Shown one piece after another: positions 48,637-64,000 of a stretch of 64,000 bases of DNA; within the stretch, counting starts at the first letter, position 1, and each line of letters starts with the position of its first letter. The DNA is from a virus: positions 27,462 to 91,461 of the IMG/VR virus record IMGVR_UViG_3300042937_000802, one strand, 5' to 3'. A program made the position numbers and the translations under genes. The notes beneath the pieces are model-generated. The model was given only the letters and a program-made list of their open reading frames with translations. It made no database searches and was not told where the DNA came from.

Positions 48637-50358
48637 ATGATTGAATTTTTAACAGTTCGATTTAAAAATTTTGGATCGTTTGGAACAAATTTTTCAGAGA
48701 TTAAACTAGATAACCATAAGACTACGTTGGTCACAGGTACTAACGGACATGGCAAGTCTTTTGCGCTATTGGACTCTCTGTGCTTTGGATTGTTTGGAAA
48801 GCCCTTCCGACCCATTAATATACCGCAGCTTGTAAACACCGTTAATGGCAAGAATTGCCTAGTTGAGATAGAGTTTAATAAGGCAGGTTCTCATTACTTG
48901 GTTCGTCGCGGGCTGTCCCCAAAGATATTTGAAATTATTAAAAATGGGGATATGATTGACCAGAATGCCAAGTCAAAAGATTATCAAGAAATGTTTGAAG
49001 AGCATATTCTTGGATTTGATTATGCAGCCTTTAAGCAAGTTGTTATTCTCGGTAAGTCCAACTTCATACCATTCATGCAGTTGACTCCTTCAGAGCGCCG
49101 TAAGATCATTGAAGGTCTTTTGGATCTTGATATCTTGGCAGATATGAACCAGCATGTAAAGGGACAACTGAGTTCGTTGAAGGTGTCTATTGGCGAGCAT
49201 GAAAGTTTGGTCAAGATTGCTCATGAAAAAATCAAGTCTCAAAAAGAATTTATCGATCAAGTAAAAACTAGCAATGCAGACGACATCAATGTTCTTGTAA
49301 ATCGTATTAAAGAATACCAAGACCAAATAGATCAAGATAGAGTTCTAGTTAAGACTGAACTAGATGATCATAAAAAACTTGGAGAACAAATAACAAAGAT
49401 TAACAAAAAGATCGAATCTCTAAAAGATGTTCCATCTATGTTAGTGAAGACTGAAACTCTTCATGCTACACTGTTGGATGAGATCAAGGCATTGGAAGAA
49501 AATGCAACCTGTAAGTGTTGCCTACAAGTTCTTCCCAAAGTTCAAAAAGAAAAGCATCTGGAAGAAAAACGCAAGAAAGCCAAAGATTGTTCTGAGGCAC
49601 TTAAAGTTGCGGAAAAGAAAAATATTGAACTAGAAGCATACAAGAAAGAATATGAAAAACTCATGGTCTTATCTAGAGGAAAAGTTCAAGACATAAATGC
49701 TTTAAATTACAGAATTGGAAATGCAGAATCAAACATCAAAGTAATTGAAAAAGATAAGAAAGATAAAGAAGCCTCAAGCAATATTTCTATACTGGAAAAT
49801 AGCCTGAATGAATCGGAAAATAAAAAGAATGATATCGCCAAAAAACTTGAATCTTTTATCTCTCAACAAATTCACTATGATGTTGTTTATGATATCCTCA
49901 AAGATGGGGGGCTTAAGAGCCGCATTATCAAACATTATGTTCCCATCATCAATGGACTCGTCAACAAGTTCCTCGGAAAACTTAATCTCTATGTTGACTT
50001 CACAATCGATGAGGAGTTCAAGGAGACCATCAAGTCACGATACAGAGATGCATTCTCATATTCCTCTTTCTCTGAGGGAGAGAAACAACGCATCGACTTG
50101 GCGATCCTGCTGACTTGGCGTGAAGTTGCCAAGATGAAGAATAGTCTTAACTGCAATCTATTGATCTTTGATGAAATTCTAGATTCATCCTTGGACGCAG
50201 CAGGTACGGAAGCATTCATGAAAGTATTGAATAAGATGAAAAACAAATGTTCAATTTACATCATTAGCCACAAGGCTGATGCACTGGTTGATAAGTTTGA
50301 CCAAACTTTGCAATTTGAAAAGAAGAATAATTTTTCAAAAATCAAGGTTCAGGTATAA
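48637..50358 (+). CDS. 46: Recombination ATPase gp46 (Rad50/SbcC-like)
   Basis: FKNFGSFG, GTNGHGKS, CKCC hook, FSEGEKQRIDLA, DEILDSSLD. Confidence 0.96.
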   Translation: MIEFLTVRFKNFGSFGTNFSEIKLDNHKTTLVTGTNGHGKSFALLDSLCFGLFGKPFRPINIPQLVNTVNGKNCLVEIEFNKAGSHYLVRRGLSPKIFEIIKNGDMIDQNAKSKDYQEMFEEHILGFDYAAFKQVVILGKSNFIPFMQLTPSERRKIIEGLLDLDILADMNQHVKGQLSSLKVSIGEHESLVKIAHEKIKSQKEFIDQVKTSNADDINVLVNRIKEYQDQIDQDRVLVKTELDDHKKLGEQITKINKKIESLKDVPSMLVKTETLHATLLDEIKALEENATCKCCLQVLPKVQKEKHLEEKRKKAKDCSEALKVAEKKNIELEAYKKEYEKLMVLSRGKVQDINALNYRIGNAESNIKVIEKDKKDKEASSNISILENSLNESENKKNDIAKKLESFISQQIHYDVVYDILKDGGLKSRIIKHYVPIINGLVNKFLGKLNLYVDFTIDEEFKETIKSRYRDAFSYSSFSEGEKQRIDLAILLTWREVAKMKNSLNCNLLIFDEILDSSLDAAGTEAFMKVLNKMKNKCSIYIISHKADALVDKFDQTLQFEKKNNFSKIKVQV

Positions 50359-50364
50359 ATATAT

Positions 50365-50392
50365 TTGTATTATCCTATTTTGGAGTTATAAT
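50365..50392 (+). promoter_or_regulatory. Sigma70-like promoter (late TATAAATA also at 50354-50361)
   Basis: TTGTAT-N16-TATAAT, 6 nt before ATG 50399. Confidence 0.5.
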
Positions 50393-50398
50393 AGAACT

Positions 50399-50551
50399 AT
50401 GAACGAAGAAAGTTTTGAAAAGTTTAAGAATCGCCGCAAGAACAAGCCTACTGGCCTGAGCAAGAAGCAACAGAAGAGAAATGTTCGCGGCAATAGACAC
50501 GAACAGAAACAGCAACTTAACGATAGCGTTTATCGTAAAGATTTTGATTAA
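50399..50551 (+). CDS. Small basic hypothetical protein
   Basis: 50-aa Lys/Arg-rich ORF filling the gp46-gp45 gap. Confidence 0.55.
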   Translation: MNEESFEKFKNRRKNKPTGLSKKQQKRNVRGNRHEQKQQLNDSVYRKDFD

Positions 50552-50568
50552 TTTACAGAAAGATTTAT

Positions 50569-51240
50569 ATGAGTACTGTGACAAAAATGCGTCTGAGCAA
50601 AGAAACCTATAACATTCTAAAGAATTTTGCAGCCATCAACTCAAACATTCTTATTCAACCCGGAAACATCCTGAAGACGGTTTCAGCTGGTAAGAACATC
50701 TATGTTGAGGCAAAGGTAACTGAGGACTTTGATATTGATGTTCCTATTTGGGATCTAAATAAGTTCCTCGGTATCATTAGCATGTTTAACAATCCTGATC
50801 TTGAGTTTCATGACACTCATGTCGTGATTACTAACGGTCGGTCTAGCGTTACATATTACTATTCCGAACCAAGCCTGCTCACGGTTCCTACCAGAGAGAT
50901 CAAAATGCCTGCGACTGTTACACGTTTTGAGCTTGATGAAAAAGATCTTAACGAGATTCTTAAGGCTTCAAGTGTGCTTCAGGTAAGTGATCTTCGTATG
51001 GTTGGTGGTGACGGCAAGTTCACCATTAGTGTAGATGACTCTGGTCAGAGCACAAGCAATAGTTTTGAAATTGTCATTGATGAAAATTATACCGGCAAGG
51101 ACTTTGAAGGAACGGTCAATGTTTCAGAAATGAAGTTCATTCCCGGTTCATATAGTGTTGAATTGACTGACACTATTATTTCTAAGTTTACGCACAAGAG
51201 TTTGGATCTTTCTTACTACATCGCCATCAAGCGGGGTTAA
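50569..51240 (+). CDS. 45: Sliding clamp gp45
   Basis: LSKETYNILKNFAAINSNI, IWDLNKFL, YYIA. Confidence 0.95.
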   Translation: MSTVTKMRLSKETYNILKNFAAINSNILIQPGNILKTVSAGKNIYVEAKVTEDFDIDVPIWDLNKFLGIISMFNNPDLEFHDTHVVITNGRSSVTYYYSEPSLLTVPTREIKMPATVTRFELDEKDLNEILKASSVLQVSDLRMVGGDGKFTISVDDSGQSTSNSFEIVIDENYTGKDFEGTVNVSEMKFIPGSYSVELTDTIISKFTHKSLDLSYYIAIKRG

Positions 51241-51242
51241 TC

Positions 51243-52187
51243 GTGTCTGATGTGACTAATCTACTTTGGGTCGAAAAGTATCGTCCCAAAACACTGTCTG
51301 ATTGTATTCTTCCTACCGATCTTTCCATTGTGTTTAATGGTATGATTAAGGAAGGTACAATTCCAAACATGATGCTATACGGCAAGGCAGGCACGGGCAA
51401 AACTACGGTTGCCCGTGCCTTGGCAAACGATTTGGGTGCTGACAGCATCATAATCAACTGCTCCGAAGAGAATGGTATTGATACTCTTCGGACAAAGATT
51501 CGTAATTATTGTTCTACAGTTTCACTTAACGGTGGACTAAAGATTGTAATTCTAGACGAGTTTGACTATTCGAATGCACAGTCTATTCAGCCAGCATTGC
51601 GTGGAGCCATAGAGGAATTTGCAAATAACTGCAGATTTGTCATGACTTGCAACTATAAAAATCGGATCATTGATGCTCTGCACTCTCGGTGCACTGGAAT
51701 TGACTTTACCGTTCCAAGTGCTGAGAAGGCTCAGGTTGCAGTAGGAATCCTCAAGCGTATTGAGTACATTCTCAATAATGAAAAGATTCCATATGATACT
51801 CAAGTTCTTTCTAATCTGGTAAAGAAGCATTTTCCAGACATTCGTAGAATTCTTAATGAGTTGCAAAAATATGCATCTTCTGGAAAGATTGATGTTGGTA
51901 TTCTGGCTCAGGGAAGCAGTGAATCCTATAAAGAACTTCTTGCTTTTATGAAAGCAAAGGACTTCACATCTTGCCGCAAGTGGGTGATTCAAAACTTGGA
52001 TCTGAATACAGCAGACTTCTATAAGCGTCTTTACACAGAACTATATACAGCATTGAAGCCCAATTCTATTCCACAGGCCATTCTTATTATTGCCGAATAT
52101 CAATACAAGTCTGGATTTGCTGCGGATCAGGAAATCAATACGATGGCTCTTATCGTGCAACTTATGATGGACTGCGAGTTTAATTGA
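51243..52187 (+). CDS. 44: Clamp loader large subunit gp44
   Basis: WVEKYRP, GKAGTGKTT, ILDEFD, SRC. Confidence 0.96.
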   Translation: MSDVTNLLWVEKYRPKTLSDCILPTDLSIVFNGMIKEGTIPNMMLYGKAGTGKTTVARALANDLGADSIIINCSEENGIDTLRTKIRNYCSTVSLNGGLKIVILDEFDYSNAQSIQPALRGAIEEFANNCRFVMTCNYKNRIIDALHSRCTGIDFTVPSAEKAQVAVGILKRIEYILNNEKIPYDTQVLSNLVKKHFPDIRRILNELQKYASSGKIDVGILAQGSSESYKELLAFMKAKDFTSCRKWVIQNLDLNTADFYKRLYTELYTALKPNSIPQAILIIAEYQYKSGFAADQEINTMALIVQLMMDCEFN

Positions 52188-52585
52188 TGAAGTCTGAAGA
52201 GCTAAAACTTAAAGACTTTCTTGCAAGCATCAACCACGACAAAAAAGCTCTACTTGACAAGGATGAGGCTGATGTTCGCCTTTATAAACCATTTGTTGTA
52301 AATCGATGTTTATCGTATTTCCCTGATACGATCTTTCACGCCAATGAAATGAATTGTGTACCATGGCTCGACAACAAGAGCCAGTTTGACTTTCATAGAC
52401 TTGGCATTCGTAAAAAGAAGCGTTTTTCTCCTTGGACAAAGAAAGAACCGGAAGATGATATATCTCTTATTAGAGAAGCATATGGATACACAGAATCCAA
52501 GGCTAGGGAAGTCCTAAATATTCTTGGACCCGAGGATCTGGATAAAATAAAAAAATCCTTAGATACTGGTGGTCCAAAATCTTAA
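52187..52585 (+). CDS. 62: Clamp loader small subunit gp62
   Basis: YKPFVVNRCLSYFPDTIFHANEMN, RKKKRFSPW, TGG. Confidence 0.93.
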   Translation: MKSEELKLKDFLASINHDKKALLDKDEADVRLYKPFVVNRCLSYFPDTIFHANEMNCVPWLDNKSQFDFHRLGIRKKKRFSPWTKKEPEDDISLIREAYGYTESKAREVLNILGPEDLDKIKKSLDTGGPKS

Positions 52586-52597
52586 TAAGGGTGTGAT

Positions 52598-53023
52598 ATG
52601 TCAGAAGCTTCGGATAAAATTTTTAATAATGTTGGTGTACACATAAAATTATTTGATGAAGAAGATTTCATGGTTGTCCGTGAAACTTTATCTCGTATAG
52701 GGGTATCACCAAAAGGCAAAAAAGTATTATATCAGTCATGTCATTTAATTCATAAAAATGGAGTGTATATAGTTGCACACTTTAAAGAATTATTTGCATT
52801 GGATGGATTGCCTTCCAATGTTTCCGAAGAAGATATTAAAAGAAGAAATGCAATTATTCAATTGCTTGAAGAATGGAAACTGCTTGAAATCATTGATAAA
52901 GAAAAAACAGTAGACAAAATGCCTATCAATGGTTTGAAGATAATTAAATATGGTGAAAGAGATGACTGGGAACTTATTCCAAAGTTTAATCCTGGTTCAT
53001 TACGTAGATTTTTTAATTCATAA
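52598..53023 (+). CDS. regA: Translational repressor RegA
   Basis: DFMVVRETLSRIGV, LYQSCHLIHK..YIVAHFKELFALDG. Confidence 0.95.
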   Translation: MSEASDKIFNNVGVHIKLFDEEDFMVVRETLSRIGVSPKGKKVLYQSCHLIHKNGVYIVAHFKELFALDGLPSNVSEEDIKRRNAIIQLLEEWKLLEIIDKEKTVDKMPINGLKIIKYGERDDWELIPKFNPGSLRRFFNS

Positions 53024-53025
53024 GG

Positions 53026-54258
53026 ATGAAAATGCACAAGCTAGCTTTATCGATGATCGTCAAAAACGAGGCACCAAATATTCAACGATGCCTTGAATCT
53101 GTTGCCCCATTCATTAACTATTACGTAATCTGTGATACAGGATCGACAGATAACACCAAGGAAATTATAAAAAATTTCTTTGATTCCAAGGGAATTTCCG
53201 GAGAGATTCTAGACCATGAATGGAAAGACTTTGGTCATAACCGTTCTTTGGCTATCGAAGCATGTGAAGGGAAAGCACAATGGGCATTGATGATTGATGC
53301 CGATGATATGATCTCTGGAACTCTTCCTATTGAAAAGTTGAATGACGAATTGGATGGTTACGTTGTAAAAATTCAACGCGGTGAGTTCGTATGGTATCGC
53401 GCACAATTATTTAATATTGGCAGGACAAAATGGTGGTATGAAGAGCCACTGCACGAATATGCAATTTGCCGCCAACCAATGAATATTCAAAAATTAGAAG
53501 GCGACTATGCTTGGGATGTTCGGACTGAAGGATGTCGTTCTCGGCAATTTGGAAATGATATTGAAAAGTATAAGAATGACTATGAAATTTTAAAGAAGTA
53601 TCTTGCAGAAGACCCAAATCAACCAAGAAAACAATTTTATGCAGCACAATCTGCATTTGATTCACGGATGTATGCTATAGCAGAAGAAGAATATATTAAA
53701 AGAGCGGAATTAGGTTCATGGCCAGAAGAAGTATATTTTTCTTGGCTAAGAGTAGGTATGTGCAGAGCAATTCTTGAAAAACCAATTGAACTAATTTCAG
53801 ATGCAATGATGCAAGCATATGAAACAAAACCAGATCGCGCAGAATCTTTGTATCATTTATCTTGCATATACAGAAAACATGGAAGACCAAGAAATGCGTT
53901 TTTAGTGGCATCTATGGGTCTTACTATACCACCACCACAGAATGATATTCTGTTTGTAGATATGGCAAACTATAAATGGGGTATATTAGATGAAATTGCC
54001 ACAACTGCATTTTATGTTGGAAAATATCATATGGGATTGGCTGCATGTGAAAAATTGCTTTCAGAACCATATCTTCCAGAAGAACACAGACCCAGAGTAG
54101 AAAATAATAAAAATACTTATATTAAAGTAATTGCTGACATTCAAGCACAAATGAATGCGCAGCAAGCACAAAATTTAGTAAATATGAAAAAAGTAGAAAT
54201 TCCAGAACCAAAAACTACTTTAAAGATTGATCCTAAAAATTTAACAGTAAAACTGTAA
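53026..54258 (+). CDS. GT2 glycosyltransferase with C-terminal TPR-like repeats
   Basis: LSMIVKNEAPNIQRCLES, DTGSTDNT, DFGHNRS, IDADD, LHE; TPR-like FYAAQSAFD and PDRAESLYHL. Confidence 0.9.
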   Translation: MKMHKLALSMIVKNEAPNIQRCLESVAPFINYYVICDTGSTDNTKEIIKNFFDSKGISGEILDHEWKDFGHNRSLAIEACEGKAQWALMIDADDMISGTLPIEKLNDELDGYVVKIQRGEFVWYRAQLFNIGRTKWWYEEPLHEYAICRQPMNIQKLEGDYAWDVRTEGCRSRQFGNDIEKYKNDYEILKKYLAEDPNQPRKQFYAAQSAFDSRMYAIAEEEYIKRAELGSWPEEVYFSWLRVGMCRAILEKPIELISDAMMQAYETKPDRAESLYHLSCIYRKHGRPRNAFLVASMGLTIPPPQNDILFVDMANYKWGILDEIATTAFYVGKYHMGLAACEKLLSEPYLPEEHRPRVENNKNTYIKVIADIQAQMNAQQAQNLVNMKKVEIPEPKTTLKIDPKNLTVKL

Positions 54259-54259
54259 T

Positions 54260-55378
54260 ATGTACAACTTAACTTTAGCAATGATTGTAAAAAACGAATC
54301 TTCAAATATTGAAGATTGTTTGAAGAGTGTAAGTCCATTTATTAATTATTATGTTATTGCTGATACCGGTTCTACTGATAATACAAAAGAAATTATAAAA
54401 AAATTCTTTGATGATAGAGGAATTCCAGGAGAAGTTTTAGATCATCCTTGGGAAGATTTTGGAACAAACAGATCTAAAGTCTTGGCTCATTGTTATGGTA
54501 AAACCAAATGGGCTATAATGATTGATGCTGATGATTATATTGAAGGTGATCTACCTGTTAATTCATTTGATAATACTTTGGATGGCTATCTTGTTAAACT
54601 AGGGCGTGGTAGCAATATATGGTATAGATCTCAAATATTTAATTTAGCAAAAAAGAAATGGTGGTATGAAGAGCCATTGCACGAATATGCTTGTTGTGAA
54701 CAACCAATGAATTTAAAAAAGTTGGAAGGTAATTATTCGTGGATTGCAAGAACACAGGGTTGTCGTTCAAAATCAGTTTCTTCTGATAGAGAAAAATATG
54801 CCAGAGATTATTTTACTCTTAAAAAACATTTAGAAACAGATCCTACTTCTGTTAGAAAACAATTTTATGCAGCACAATCCGCTTTTGATTGTGAACTTTA
54901 TGAAATTGCAGAAAAAGAATATATAAAAAGAACCGAGATGGGTGGATGGATTGAAGAAATTTATTATTCGTGGTTGCGTATAGGTATGTGTAGAGAAAGG
55001 CTTCAAAAGCCAGTTCAAGATATAGCCGATGCTTATCTAAAAGCATATGATATTCGTCCAACAAGATCCGAGTCTTTATATAATTTATCTTGCCTTTACA
55101 GAAAAGTTGATCGTCCTAAAAATGCTTTTTTGGTGGCTATCCAGGGATTAGATTTACCTCTGCCCGGTGAAGATGCTTTATTTGTAGATAGTTCTGTATA
55201 TGATTGGGGAATTTTAGATGAAATTTCTGCTACAGCATATTATGTTGGAAAATATCAGCTGGGATATGATGTAAGTGAAAAACTTTTAAAAAGTTCTAAT
55301 ATTCCAGAGTTTCATAGGGAAAGAATAGAGAGCAATAAAAAAATTTATATGGCCGAATTGAGCAAACTAAATAGTTAA
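54260..55378 (+). CDS. GT2-TPR glycosyltransferase (tandem paralogue)
   Basis: Same motifs and collinear with the previous gene (e.g. KWWYEEPLHEYA and RKQFYAAQSAFD shared). Confidence 0.9.
   Translation: MYNLTLAMIVKNESSNIEDCLKSVSPFINYYVIADTGSTDNTKEIIKKFFDDRGIPGEVLDHPWEDFGTNRSKVLAHCYGKTKWAIMIDADDYIEGDLPVNSFDNTLDGYLVKLGRGSNIWYRSQIFNLAKKKWWYEEPLHEYACCEQPMNLKKLEGNYSWIARTQGCRSKSVSSDREKYARDYFTLKKHLETDPTSVRKQFYAAQSAFDCELYEIAEKEYIKRTEMGGWIEEIYYSWLRIGMCRERLQKPVQDIADAYLKAYDIRPTRSESLYNLSCLYRKVDRPKNAFLVAIQGLDLPLPGEDALFVDSSVYDWGILDEISATAYYVGKYQLGYDVSEKLLKSSNIPEFHRERIESNKKIYMAELSKLNS
55366..55373 (+). promoter_or_regulatory. Late promoter for the fibre operon
   Basis: ACTAAATA upstream of 55411 (SD GGAG). 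Confidence 0.5.
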
Positions 55379-55410
55379 TAATGATTCTAATCATTATATC
55401 TGGAGCATAA

Positions 55411-55811
55411 ATGGCTAGTAACTATGATGTCTCAATTGTCCAAGGCGATACATTAAGGTGGTCAATGTATCTTACTGGTGTAGGTGGCACAGCATACAAT
55501 CTTGCTGGATCTACACTATCAATGCAAGTAAGAAAAAGTTATTATCCATCTACACTTATTTCTTCTTATTCTGTTTATATTCCTGCTGGTCGTACATTTG
55601 TTTCTGCTCCAGATGGATTAATTGGTGGTCTTACAGCTACAGCAACTGGTGGAACAATTTATATTTCAGTTGGTGCCACATATACATCTTTATTGTCTTC
55701 AGAACAGACAGCTAAGTATGATATACAACTTATAAATTCAAATGATAACAATAATGTTACAACATTGTTGAGAGGTTCAATAGACGTTATTCCAGAGGTT
55801 ACTAAATTGTA

Positions 55812-55812
<1 letters not shown>
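55411..55812 (+). CDS. Virion beta-sandwich adaptor protein (BppU/LtfC-like fibre anchor)
   Basis: IVQGDT, YNLAGSTLSMQVRKSY, GTIYISV, YDIQL, LLRGSIDVIPEVT. Confidence 0.7.

Positions 55813-64000
<8,188 letters not shown>

Noticed and set aside
51552-51992. 146-aa antisense ORF inside gp44, and similar short overlapping ORFs elsewhere
   Set aside because: They lie fully within conserved genes and have no recognisable motifs or expression signals.
32327-55378. Glycosyltransferases as DNA hypermodification enzymes
   Set aside because: No hydroxymethylase or T4 alpha/beta-glucosyltransferase-like gene is seen, and the families present act on surface glycans or proteins. Not fully excluded, because the rest of the genome is unseen.

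Overview
This window is about 64 kb of an AT-rich T4-like (Tevenvirinae/Kyanoviridae-type core) myovirus genome. It carries the baseplate, neck, tail and head module (gp26/51, 54, 4, 48, 53, split gp27-like hub, 25, 6, 7, 13-23, 3) and replication/transcription genes (gp33, 32, uvsW/Y, 55, 47, 46, 45, 44, 62, regA). Three features stand out. (1) A ~13 kb glycan island (GT25, GT11, 2x GT10, GT34-like, RfbH, RmlB, NeuB-cupin, YerE-like ThDP enzyme, sulfotransferase, methyltransferases, reductase), with gmd and another GT-like gene inserted into the gp55-47-46 core. (2) Two tandem GT2-TPR glycosyltransferases sit just upstream of a fibre operon. It ends in a >2,300-aa ORF (56995 to beyond the window, absent from the ORF track) with 576 in-register Gly-X-Y triplets, nearly all Gly-X-Thr, punctuated every 67-78 triplets by a fixed cassette. 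(3) G-X-T is also enriched in other virion proteins. I infer a phage-encoded O-glycosylation system that builds a glycosylated collagen coat on the virion. Other signals: a likely -1 frameshift fusing gp26 to gp51, a reduced tail/baseplate gene set, six sigma70-type promoters that all have a 16-bp spacer, many probably leaderless transcripts, and a 12-bp direct repeat flanking gmd. All calls come from motif recognition and synteny by eye; no database searches were run.
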